This document shows, one piece after another, positions 27,796 to 36,707 of a stretch of 64,000 nt of DNA (its first letter is position 1; the number at the start of each line of letters is the position of its first letter). The notes beneath the pieces are model-generated. The model did no database searches. It worked only from the letters and a program-made list of their open reading frames with translations, and was not told where the DNA came from. A program made the position numbers and the translations under genes. Source of the DNA: Sphingomonadales bacterium (GTDB lineage Bacteria; Pseudomonadota; Alphaproteobacteria; Sphingomonadales; Sphingomonadaceae); the NCBI GenBank assembly GCA_038228865.1, contig JBBROX010000001.1, positions 368,657-432,656 on the forward strand, read 5' to 3'.

Positions 27796-29586
27796 ATGAC
27801 GGCGGCTTCCGCGCCGTTCAGAGACGTGAACTTCATGCCCGTCGATCTCGACGTTGCGGAGCATGAAGACGGCACCATCTCGTTGCGGACGAACCTGCCG
27901 CTTGAAGAATATGACGCCAATTTGCCTCGGGTCCTTGCCGCGCGTGCCGCGCTGGAAGGCGATAAGAAGGCGCTGGCGATCCGGAATGCTGCAGGGGTTT
28001 GGGAGCACACGAGCTACACGCACTTCAAACGCGACCTCGACGCGGTCACGCAGTGGTTGCTGGATAACATCCCGCGCGGAACGGCGATCCTGCTGATCGG
28101 TCCCAACACGCCCGCCTATGCGACCCTGACCTTCGCGGCCTATGCGGCCGGCGTCATCGTTTGTCCCGTAGGCATGGCCAGCCTCCAATCGGCGGCGGGC
28201 GAAGCGCGCTTGCAGCACGTCATTGCCAAGGCCAAGCCCAGCGCAATCTTTGCCGATGGGACGCTCGTCATCCAGCGGCTGATCGCCCATGTTGCCGATC
28301 CCTCGGTACTGATCATCGCACCCGACCCCGAGAGCTATTCCGGCGCCGTCGTCGCATGGACCGAGCTGGTCGGCACGACCGCCACGCCCGACGTCGCGGC
28401 GGCTATCGACAATTTGGATACGACCGTGCCGGCGTCGTACATGATGACGTCCGGATCGACAGGGTTGCCCAAGTTGGTCGCGACCTCACTGGACAATATT
28501 GCCGCTGTCACGATCCAGAGCACGATCATCTTCGGCCCCGAAGTCTATCAGGGAAACATAGTCGACTGGCTGCCGTGGCATCACGCTGCGGGGGCGGGGG
28601 TGCTGCGCACTACGCTGTTCAATGGCGGTAGCCTCTACATCGACGGCGGAAAGCCGATGCCGACATTGTTCGATGAGACGATCAGGAACCTCCGCGAAAT
28701 CCCGGTCCCGTACTTTGCCAACGTGCCGCAGGGCTTTGCCATGCTGGTCGATGCGATGGAAAAAGATGCCCAGCTGCGGCAGAGCTTTTTCCGGGATATG
28801 CGGCTGATGCTCTACGGCGGCGCGGGCCTGCCCCAGCCGGTCTACGACCGTCTGCAGGCGCTGGCCGTCGCGGAGACCGGCCACCGCATCCATATGTCGA
28901 GCGGCTATGGCATGACCGAGACGGTCACCGGCTGCATTGCCATCCATTTTCCGACGGACCGCGTCGGTATAGGCCTGCCGCCACCGGGGATCGAGGTAAA
29001 GCTGGTGCCCAACGGGAGCCGGTACGAAGTGCGCCTGCGTGGGCCGAACGTCATGATGGGCTATGTCGACGAACCCGAGCAGACGGCCAAGGCGTTCGAC
29101 GACGAAGGCTTTTACCGGACAGGCGACCTCGCCAATTTTCATGACCGCAACAATCCGGGCGAAGGTTTGTATTTCGCCGGCAGACTGGCCGAGGAGTTCA
29201 AACTGTTAACCGGCAGCTGGGTTTACGGTGGGCAGGTGCGCGACGCGGTCCTCGAACAGCTCGACGGCGATGTGTCGGAAATCGTGCTGTGCGGAGAGAA
29301 CCGGGAGTATCTGACGGTGATGGCGTGGCCGAAGTCCTCCGACGACGGCACGCTGCTCGCGCGCATCACCGAAAAACTGAAACTGTATAACGCGCGCGGC
29401 ACGGGAGCGTCGGTTGGTATCCGGCGCGTCGTACTTCTGGAATTGCCGCCCAATCCTGTTGGGGGCGAAGTTTCGGACAAGGGCACGATCAATCGCCGTG
29501 CCGTGCTAACCAACCGCGCCGACATCCTCGAACAACTCTATGCCGCTGATCCGGGCACGCACATCGGTATCGTCCAGGGAAACTAG
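27796..29586 (+). CDS. Feruloyl-CoA synthetase-like acyl-CoA ligase
   Basis: MTSGSTGLPK, DWLPWHH, SGYGMTET, RGPNVMMGY, FYRTGD, GRLAEEFKL.TGSWV, GEVSDKGTIN. Confidence 0.85.
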   Translation: MTAASAPFRDVNFMPVDLDVAEHEDGTISLRTNLPLEEYDANLPRVLAARAALEGDKKALAIRNAAGVWEHTSYTHFKRDLDAVTQWLLDNIPRGTAILLIGPNTPAYATLTFAAYAAGVIVCPVGMASLQSAAGEARLQHVIAKAKPSAIFADGTLVIQRLIAHVADPSVLIIAPDPESYSGAVVAWTELVGTTATPDVAAAIDNLDTTVPASYMMTSGSTGLPKLVATSLDNIAAVTIQSTIIFGPEVYQGNIVDWLPWHHAAGAGVLRTTLFNGGSLYIDGGKPMPTLFDETIRNLREIPVPYFANVPQGFAMLVDAMEKDAQLRQSFFRDMRLMLYGGAGLPQPVYDRLQALAVAETGHRIHMSSGYGMTETVTGCIAIHFPTDRVGIGLPPPGIEVKLVPNGSRYEVRLRGPNVMMGYVDEPEQTAKAFDDEGFYRTGDLANFHDRNNPGEGLYFAGRLAEEFKLLTGSWVYGGQVRDAVLEQLDGDVSEIVLCGENREYLTVMAWPKSSDDGTLLARITEKLKLYNARGTGASVGIRRVVLLELPPNPVGGEVSDKGTINRRAVLTNRADILEQLYAADPGTHIGIVQGN

Positions 29587-29592
29587 ACCTAC

Positions 29593-30387
29593 ATGGAAAT
29601 CGCGCATCTCTTTCTCGCCAATGCGGCCATTCTTGTCGCCGCGTTCGCCACGCTCTGGTTGATCTGTCTTGGTTTGAAGGATGTGACGCCGGTCGACAGT
29701 TCCTGGGCACTCGGGATGGTCGTCATGGCAGTCAGCACATTCTTGCAGACCGACGGCAATCCCGACCGCAAGCTCCTCCTGCTGACGTTATGCGCCGCAT
29801 GGGGCATCCGCCTTGGCTGGTACATGTTGTGGCGCTGGCGTCATCATGGGCCGGACCGCCGCTATGTGAAGCTGCTCGACAAGGCGAAGCAAAATCGCGG
29901 CTGGGGTTTCGGCAAGGCTTCGCTCCTGCTCGTCTTTGCCACCCAGGCACCGTTGCTTTTTATCGTCTGCCTGCCGGTTCAGCTCGGCCAGATCGACGCT
30001 GGCCCGGTCCTGGGCCCCATCGGCTATATCGGCGCGGCGCTGGCCATATTCGGGATCATCTTCGAATCGCTGGCGGATTACCAGCTCGTGCTCTTCAAGG
30101 CGGATGCGGCCAACACCGGTAAGGTGATGGATAGCGGCCTATGGCGTTACACACGGCATCCCAATCATTTCGGCGATGCCTGTGCGTGGTGGGGAATCTA
30201 CCTTGTTGCTGCCGAAACAGCGACGGGTGTCTGGTCGATTGTCGGGCCGATCCTGTTGACCTGGACGCTGATGAAATGGTCCGGTGCACCCACGGTCGAA
30301 GGCAGCATGCGCCGAAAGAAGCCCGACTATGAGGACTATATCCGGCGGACAGCAGCCTTCTTCCCCTGGCCGCCCCGGCAGGCATGA
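29593..30387 (+). CDS. DUF1295 / steroid 5-alpha-reductase-like membrane protein
   Basis: Multiple TMs; WGIRLG, DRRY, ESLADYQL, GLWRYTRHPNHFGD. Confidence 0.88.
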   Translation: MEIAHLFLANAAILVAAFATLWLICLGLKDVTPVDSSWALGMVVMAVSTFLQTDGNPDRKLLLLTLCAAWGIRLGWYMLWRWRHHGPDRRYVKLLDKAKQNRGWGFGKASLLLVFATQAPLLFIVCLPVQLGQIDAGPVLGPIGYIGAALAIFGIIFESLADYQLVLFKADAANTGKVMDSGLWRYTRHPNHFGDACAWWGIYLVAAETATGVWSIVGPILLTWTLMKWSGAPTVEGSMRRKKPDYEDYIRRTAAFFPWPPRQA

Positions 30388-30400
30388 TCGACGGTCGCGC

Positions 30401-31462
30401 GTGACGTACCAAGTCATCCAGTGGGCAACCGGCGCGATGGGCAGGACATGCCTGCAGGCCGTGATCGATCATCCTGCGATGGAGCTCGTCGGCCTGTACG
30501 TCTATAGCGAGGCAAAGGCAGGCAAGGACGCCGGCGCTATCGCGCGGCGCGACTCGGTGGGTGTCGTGGCTACTTCCGATATCGACGAAATCCTTGCGCT
30601 CGATGCCGATGTCGTCATCCACTGTGCGCGGATATTGCCGCCGTTTGGATCGCATGATGCGGAGATCATCCGGCTGCTGGAGAGCGGCAAGAACGTCATT
30701 AGCATCAATGGCTACAGCGATCCGGGGCGGTGGGACAGTGCGCGGCGTGCGGTGCTTGCGGCAGCGTGCGCAAAGGGTAACTCGACGCTCATGGGCGCGG
30801 GTCTCAATCCCGGGTTTGCGGCCGAGCAACTGGCCGTCGTCGCGACCGGGGCCTGTTCGCGTGTCGACCGGGTGGACATCACCGAATATGTCGATTGCCG
30901 CGCAGTCAAACATCCCGAATATGTCTTCGGCAGCCTCGGCTTTGCGTCCGATCCCGCAACGATCGATCCCAATGACGCCGACTGGGGACCCGCTGCCCTC
31001 ATGAACGGCATGTATCGCGAAGTGCTGTCGGCCATGGCAGAGCGGCTTAGCGTTCAGTTGGAAAGGGTTCAGACAGAACACCGTGTCTTCGCCGCAGCCA
31101 GCGATCTGGAAATCGCGGCCGGTGTGATTCCCCAAGGCCGCGTCAGCCACGTCAACTGGCGATGGGCGGGCTACGTCGGCGACCAGCGTCGGCTAACGCT
31201 ATCGATCCATTGGTTTATGGAAACGACACACCTTGCCAACGCGGCACCGCCGCTGTGGGAGATCGACATCGTTGGCCAACCTTGCGTACATTTGAAGATC
31301 GAGGTCGAGAAGCACCCGGAGGACCAGAGCCGGGTTACGGCCGAACAGCTCGGGCTGGCCGGTGCCGTGATCAATGCCATTCCGGTCGTCTGCGACGCGC
31401 CCAGCGGATTGTGTCTACGTCCGGTGGCTACACCCTATCGGGCAGACCTCGGCGGCTGGTAA
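30401..31462 (+). CDS. DapB-like Rossmann oxidoreductase (NAD(P)H-dependent amine dehydrogenase-like family)
   Basis: GTG at 30401; VIQWATGAMG, LLESGKNVIS, GAGLNPGF, VINAIPVVCDA.SG. Confidence 0.75.
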   Translation: MTYQVIQWATGAMGRTCLQAVIDHPAMELVGLYVYSEAKAGKDAGAIARRDSVGVVATSDIDEILALDADVVIHCARILPPFGSHDAEIIRLLESGKNVISINGYSDPGRWDSARRAVLAAACAKGNSTLMGAGLNPGFAAEQLAVVATGACSRVDRVDITEYVDCRAVKHPEYVFGSLGFASDPATIDPNDADWGPAALMNGMYREVLSAMAERLSVQLERVQTEHRVFAAASDLEIAAGVIPQGRVSHVNWRWAGYVGDQRRLTLSIHWFMETTHLANAAPPLWEIDIVGQPCVHLKIEVEKHPEDQSRVTAEQLGLAGAVINAIPVVCDAPSGLCLRPVATPYRADLGGW

Positions 31463-31470
31463 GCCTGGGT

Positions 31471-32379
31471 CTACGCCACCTCGGCATAGAATGCGGCAAA
31501 GGCTGCCTCGGCACCGGTGTGGGCACGAAGGCGATCCGCAGCGCCGATGTCGATGGCCCGTTCGGCCAGCCAAGCCGGGTCGTTCCCGTGGGGACCAACT
31601 AGCGCGCTTTCGACCGGGACGACGCGCTTGATATACTGACCTGCCGCCACCCACATGCTGCCAGTTTCCGTGCATTCCGGACCCGATAGCCATACCGCCG
31701 CCGCTGCCACTTCGTCCGGGCTCAATTTGGCATCCGGCGCGGCGTTGGTCCGGGTGGTCATGGTTGTCGCGGCATAGGGCATCAGGATGTTCACGAGGAT
31801 GCCATTGCGGCGCTGTTCGTGCGCGAGCGACAGAGCAAAAGCGTTCAGCGCGCCCTTCGACGCCGCATAGGCGGCCCTGCCTCGGACACCATAGACTCCG
31901 GCCGTGGACGAAACGAACAGGATGCGCGGGTTATCGGACTTCATCAGATACGGCAGCGCCGCCCGCACGATCGCGGTATTCGCAAAGAAGTTGATGGCCA
32001 TAACCTGTTCGAGGCCGCCATCGCTCAGCGTGCCCACCTTCTCGGCAGGCCCCTCGATCGCGGCGTTGAGAATCAGCGCATCCAGTCTCCCGAATTTATC
32101 GACTGCGGCATCGACCATCGCCACTGCGGCACCGGGCGCCTGAACGTCGTGATGATCCGCCGCCGCGCTCAATCCTTCCGCTGCCAGGTCCGCGACGATC
32201 TGATCGACGGGGGAGGGACCAGCGCCCGAAAACCTGTTGTTGATCAGGATTGCCGCGCCGTTGCGCGCGCAGGCTGTGGCGAAGGACTTACCCAGCCCTT
32301 TCGAGGCACCCGTTACCAGGATTGATCGGGCGCCGGGAAATGCGGTGTTTTGGTTGGTTGGCATGCCGTGAGTCTGCAT
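31471..32379 (-). CDS. SDR family oxidoreductase (MFE-2 / hydroxyacyl-CoA dehydrogenase-like)
   Basis: TGASKGLG, ILNAA, YAASKG, VNILMPYA.T.MT. Alternative start at 32364. Confidence 0.88.
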   Translation of the reverse strand: MQTHGMPTNQNTAFPGARSILVTGASKGLGKSFATACARNGAAILINNRFSGAGPSPVDQIVADLAAEGLSAAADHHDVQAPGAAVAMVDAAVDKFGRLDALILNAAIEGPAEKVGTLSDGGLEQVMAINFFANTAIVRAALPYLMKSDNPRILFVSSTAGVYGVRGRAAYAASKGALNAFALSLAHEQRRNGILVNILMPYAATTMTTRTNAAPDAKLSPDEVAAAAVWLSGPECTETGSMWVAAGQYIKRVVPVESALVGPHGNDPAWLAERAIDIGAADRLRAHTGAEAAFAAFYAEVA

Positions 32380-32384
32380 CCGGC

Positions 32385-32401
32385 AGTATGATCATGCAAG
32401 C
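32385..32401 (+). promoter_or_regulatory. Candidate island operator, copy 6 (AGTATGATCATGCAAGC)
   Basis: 15/17 match; spans the stop codon of the HxlR gene and lies directly upstream of the SDR. Confidence 0.6.
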
Positions 32402-33369
32402 GACAAGGCATCGTTTGTTGGTACCAATTTCGCGTCGAATCTGGCGCCGTCGATCTGGAGCGTAAACGCGACATCCTTCGCCTGAATCGGTACGCTGCAC
32501 TCGGAACAAACCACCTCCGGTTTCAGTGAATTCCCACACGCAGTGTGCGTCAGAAGGATCGGCGGACCTTCGGGCGAACCATAGTATTTGTCTCCCCATT
32601 CCATCAGCAGCAGCAAGGCCGGGAAATAGGCGGCGCCTTTACGTGTGGTCCGATATTCGAAGCGCGGCGGCGCGGACGCGTATTGGACCTGCTTGACGAC
32701 GCCGAATTCCTCCAGCCAAGCTAGTCGTTCAGCGAGGATATTGGTTGCGATCGCCGTGTCCTGGCGAATCTCCTCAAACCGGTGGATGCCAGTGAAAATC
32801 GACCGCATGATGAGACTGGCCCACCGATCCCCGAGCAGCTGGGCGGCCTGTTCAAAGATCCTGGAGCCATCTTCGGTGCTGGCCCGCTGTTGGCGACGGC
32901 GGCTGTAAATCGGTGCCATCCACCCGACTCCCGGCCCTTCTTTCCAGTCGATCTCGCCTATGTTGAACGACGTTTTGCAGTTGTGACACGACGGAACAGG
33001 CAGGAAGTTGTTCCCGCAAACCTCGTGTTTGAGCTCGACCGAAATATTGCTCGATTGCTCACCCCATTCTATTTCCCACCTAAGGAGAATGAGGGAAACA
33101 GGGTATAAGTCCCGACCCTTCTTGGTCAGAATATATTCGTATCGCGGGGGGCGAGTATTATAGAGTGATTTTTCCACCAGGCCGTTGGCAACGAGTTTTT
33201 TGAGGCGGTCGCTCAGCAACGCTCTCAGCAGCCCTGTGGCACTGAGAAAATCGTCGAACTTGCGGGCACCGAGCAAACTTGCTTCCAAAATGAGCAAGGT
33301 CGACGTGTCGCCGACCACTTCCAGCGCCCGCCAGATCGAACAGGTTTTGATGAGAGTTTTGCCGTGCAT
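32392..33369 (-). CDS. Tandem (double) HxlR/DUF24 winged-helix transcriptional regulator
   Basis: Two HxlR units: CSIWRALEVVGD..LLSDRLKKLV..PPRYEYILTKKG and QLLGDRWASLI..RFEEI..ILAERL..PPRFEYRTTRKG; each followed by HxxCG...CxxC. Confidence 0.9.
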   Translation of the reverse strand: MHGKTLIKTCSIWRALEVVGDTSTLLILEASLLGARKFDDFLSATGLLRALLSDRLKKLVANGLVEKSLYNTRPPRYEYILTKKGRDLYPVSLILLRWEIEWGEQSSNISVELKHEVCGNNFLPVPSCHNCKTSFNIGEIDWKEGPGVGWMAPIYSRRRQQRASTEDGSRIFEQAAQLLGDRWASLIMRSIFTGIHRFEEIRQDTAIATNILAERLAWLEEFGVVKQVQYASAPPRFEYRTTRKGAAYFPALLLLMEWGDKYYGSPEGPPILLTHTACGNSLKPEVVCSECSVPIQAKDVAFTLQIDGARFDAKLVPTNDALSLA

Positions 33370-33453
33370 TGGGGCGGTCTAACGCGGGTAGGGCCGGGGG
33401 TCTACGTGACGCCCTTGCAAGCGGGAAAGACAGGTCCATCCGGCCACGTCGTT

Positions 33454-33470
33454 ACTTGCATAGTCGAACT
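33454..33470 (-). promoter_or_regulatory. Candidate island operator, copy 7 (minus strand AGTTCGACTATGCAAGT)
   Basis: 14/17 match; between the divergent regulator and oxygenase paralog 2. Confidence 0.6.
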
Positions 33471-33516
33471 CGAGCGCGTAGGCGTGCGCGAAATTTGCTG
33501 CACATGGAGAGCGTGC

Positions 33517-34998
33517 GTGGATGTGCAATTTCTCGAGCCGGTAGGATCGTCGCTCAAGCCGACAAATCATCCTTATCTGACCGGACCTTGGACCCCCACT
33601 TTTACCGAAGCGACGGCAATCGATCTCGACGTCATCGAGGGTCGCATTCCCGACGACATCGACGGCATATATGTTCGAAACACCGAGAATCAGGTTCACC
33701 AGCCGCTGGGGAGTTACCACCCGTTCGATGGCGACGGGATGGTGCATGTCATCAGCTTCAAAAATGGGAAGGCCGACTACCGCAATCGGTTCGTGCGGAC
33801 GCGCGGTTTCGCCGCCGAGCAGGAGGCGGGCCAGTCGCTATGGGGCGGACTGATGGATCCTCCGGGCACGTCGCTGCGCCCGGGCTTCGGTGCGCACGGC
33901 GCACTGAAGGATTCCTCGAGTACTGATGTCGTCGTCCATGCTGGCAAGATCGTTTCCACTTTTTACCAGTGCGGCGAAGCCTATCTGCTCGATCCGGAGA
34001 CGGTCGAGCAGGAGGGTATTGCCGGTTGGGGTCCGCTCGACGGGATCTCGGCGCATCCCAAGGTCGACGAATCCACCGGAGAAATGCTGTTCTTCAACTA
34101 CGGCGTCTACGCGCCTTACATGCATTACGGTGTGGTCGACCGGACCGGCAAATGCGTCCATTACGTGCCGATCCCGCTCCCGGGACCGCGCCTGCCGCAC
34201 GACATGGCATTCACGAAAAACTACTCGATCCTGAACGATTTTCCGCTGTTCTGGGATGAGCAACTGCTGAAGCGAAATATTCACGCATCGCGCTTTCACC
34301 GGGACATGAAGTCCCGTTTTGCAATCATTCCCCGCTATGGTCGGACAGAGGACATCCGCTGGTTCGAAGCCGATCCGACCTATGTGCTGCACTGGCAGAA
34401 TGCCTATGAAGAGGGCGACGAAATCGTCCTCGACGGCTATTTCCAGGAAAATCCGACGCCCCGCCCGCTTGAGGACGCGCCCGACGGGATGGGGCATATG
34501 ATGGCCTTTCTCGACGAGCACAGCTTCCGACCGAAGCTTCACCGCTGGCGTTTCAACCTGAAGACGGGCGAGACGACCGAGCATGATCTCGACGACCGCA
34601 TCCTCGAATTCGGCATGTTCAACCAGCGCTATGCCGGCATTCCCTACCGCTATGCCTACAGCACCACGACTAAGCCCGGCTGGTTCCTGTTCAACGGGTT
34701 CGTCAAGCACGACCTGGAGACCGGCGAGTCGTGGGGCGTGAAGCTCCCCGACGGTGTTTTCGCCAGCGAGGCACCGTTCGTGCCCCGGATAAATGCGGCC
34801 GACGAGGATGACGGCTATCTCGTGAGTTTCCTCATCGACGAAAACAGCCAGACCTCAGAATGCATCCTGATCGATTGCAAGGACTTCGCTGCCGGCCCGG
34901 TGGTCCGCATCGCGTTGCCCCACAAGATTTGCAGCGGGACGCATGCCACATGGGCTGATCGGCGATTCATCGCGAACGGTTATCTATCACGTACGTAG
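33517..34998 (+). CDS. Carotenoid oxygenase family dioxygenase, paralog 2
   Basis: GGAGAG RBS before GTG 33517; HPFDGDG; four His motifs: SAHPKVD, LPHDMAFT, VLHWQNAY, GTHATW. Confidence 0.93.
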   Translation: MDVQFLEPVGSSLKPTNHPYLTGPWTPTFTEATAIDLDVIEGRIPDDIDGIYVRNTENQVHQPLGSYHPFDGDGMVHVISFKNGKADYRNRFVRTRGFAAEQEAGQSLWGGLMDPPGTSLRPGFGAHGALKDSSSTDVVVHAGKIVSTFYQCGEAYLLDPETVEQEGIAGWGPLDGISAHPKVDESTGEMLFFNYGVYAPYMHYGVVDRTGKCVHYVPIPLPGPRLPHDMAFTKNYSILNDFPLFWDEQLLKRNIHASRFHRDMKSRFAIIPRYGRTEDIRWFEADPTYVLHWQNAYEEGDEIVLDGYFQENPTPRPLEDAPDGMGHMMAFLDEHSFRPKLHRWRFNLKTGETTEHDLDDRILEFGMFNQRYAGIPYRYAYSTTTKPGWFLFNGFVKHDLETGESWGVKLPDGVFASEAPFVPRINAADEDDGYLVSFLIDENSQTSECILIDCKDFAAGPVVRIALPHKICSGTHATWADRRFIANGYLSRT

Positions 34999-35156
34999 AG
35001 GACGTGCCCCTGTGGGCAATTGCTCTCTGCCATCGGGTCGGTGCTGTTCCGCTCGGGCCCTTCGGCTGCTTGAGCCAGCGAGAAAAACTCTTGGCTTGTC
35101 ACGCCACAATAATGGACGAGAGTGCCATCGTCGGGACCTACCGGAGAGCAGATGGC

Positions 35157-35612
35157 ATGGCGGGATTGTGGTTTGAAGAACTCGCGGTGGGGCAGGTGTT
35201 CAACCATTCGATCCGCCGAACGGTCACCGAAACAGACAATGTCATGTTCTCGACGATGACGCACAACCCGGCGCAGCTTCACCTCGACGAAGATTATATG
35301 AAAGGGACCGAATACGGGCAGCGGATCGTCAATTCGGTCTTTACGCTTGGTCTGATGGTCGGAGTGTCCGTCGGCGATACGACGCTGGGCACGGCGGTGG
35401 CCAATCTAGGTTGGGACGAGGTGCGTTTTCCCAAGCCCGTGTTTCACGGCGACACGCTGCATATCGTCACCGAAGTGATCGAGCTGCGCGAGTCGAAGTC
35501 TCGTCCCGATGCCGGGATCGTGACGTTCCTGCACAAGGCGTTCAATCAAAGAGACGAGCTGGTCGCATCCTGCAAGCGGTCGGGCTTGCAGCGCAGGAAA
35601 CCCGCCGCATAA
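35157..35612 (+). CDS. MaoC family (hot-dog) dehydratase
   Basis: GLWFEEL.VG, RTVTETDN, HNP..LHLD, PVFHGDTL; GGAGAG RBS. Confidence 0.88.
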   Translation: MAGLWFEELAVGQVFNHSIRRTVTETDNVMFSTMTHNPAQLHLDEDYMKGTEYGQRIVNSVFTLGLMVGVSVGDTTLGTAVANLGWDEVRFPKPVFHGDTLHIVTEVIELRESKSRPDAGIVTFLHKAFNQRDELVASCKRSGLQRRKPAA

Positions 35613-35783
35613 ATCCACTGCGACAGCAAGATTATTGACCGCCGGCATCTGAAGGCCGCCGAACGGGCGATGTTGCAAGCTCAAGTTTCCCGATCCTAAG
35701 GTGTTTTGCCTTGAACCCGCAACAATTGACGCCGATGGCCCCGCAGTCGGCGCTAGGGCGCCTATGGGAACAGGCAAGCACGA

Positions 35784-36707
35784 ATGTCGTCAGAAGCGTT
35801 GCGCTCTCCATCTAGCCTGACACATCTCGCGCGCCTTGAGTCAGAGAGCATCCATATCCTGCGCGAAGTGGTGGCTGAGGCCGAAAATCCGGTGATGCTC
35901 TACAGCGTTGGCAAGGATTCCGCCGTGATGCTGCATCTGGCCAAGAAAGCCTTTTACCCCGCCCCGCCGCCGTTCCCATTGCTCCATGTCGACACGACCT
36001 GGAAGTTTCGCGCGATGTACGACATGCGCGAAAGTTCGGCGGCCGCGGCAGGCATGGACCTGCTCGTCTGGCAGAATCCCGAGGCGGTTGCGCAGGGCAT
36101 TAACCCGTTCGATCACGGCGGCCTCCATACCGATATGTGGAAGACCCAAGGGCTGAAACAGGCGCTCGACCACTACGGGTTCGACGCGGCTTTCGGCGGC
36201 GCGCGGCGCGACGAGGAAAAGAGCCGGGCGAAGGAACGCGTGTTCAGCTTTCGCAGCGCCAGCCACCGCTGGGACCCGAAGAACCAGCGGCCCGAACTGT
36301 GGAACCTTTACAATGCCCGTAAAGCGAAGGGCGAAAGTATCCGGATCTTCCCGATCTCGAACTGGACCGAGCTCGACATCTGGCAATACATCCACCTCGA
36401 AAACATCCCGATCGTCCCGCTGTATTTCAGCGCGCCGCGTCCGACGGTGACGCGCGACGGGATGTTGCTGATGGTCGATGACGACCGCTTTCCGCTACGT
36501 GCGGGCGAAGTGCCGATCGAACGCTCGATCCGATTCCGGACGCTCGGCTGCTATCCGCTGACGGGAGCGGTAGAGAGCGAAGCGGCGACGCTGCCCGATA
36601 TCATCCGCGAAATGCTTCTGACTACGACGTCGGAGCGGCAGGGACGCGCCATCGATCACGATCAGGCCGCAAGCATGGAAAAGAAGAAGGCGGAGGGGTA
36701 TTTCTAA
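35784..36707 (+). CDS. cysD: Sulfate adenylyltransferase subunit 2
   Basis: [40 protein letters not shown]. Confidence 0.97.
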   Translation: MSSEALRSPSSLTHLARLESESIHILREVVAEAENPVMLYSVGKDSAVMLHLAKKAFYPAPPPFPLLHVDTTWKFRAMYDMRESSAAAAGMDLLVWQNPEAVAQGINPFDHGGLHTDMWKTQGLKQALDHYGFDAAFGGARRDEEKSRAKERVFSFRSASHRWDPKNQRPELWNLYNARKAKGESIRIFPISNWTELDIWQYIHLENIPIVPLYFSAPRPTVTRDGMLLMVDDDRFPLRAGEVPIERSIRFRTLGCYPLTGAVESEAATLPDIIREMLLTTTSERQGRAIDHDQAASMEKKKAEGYF

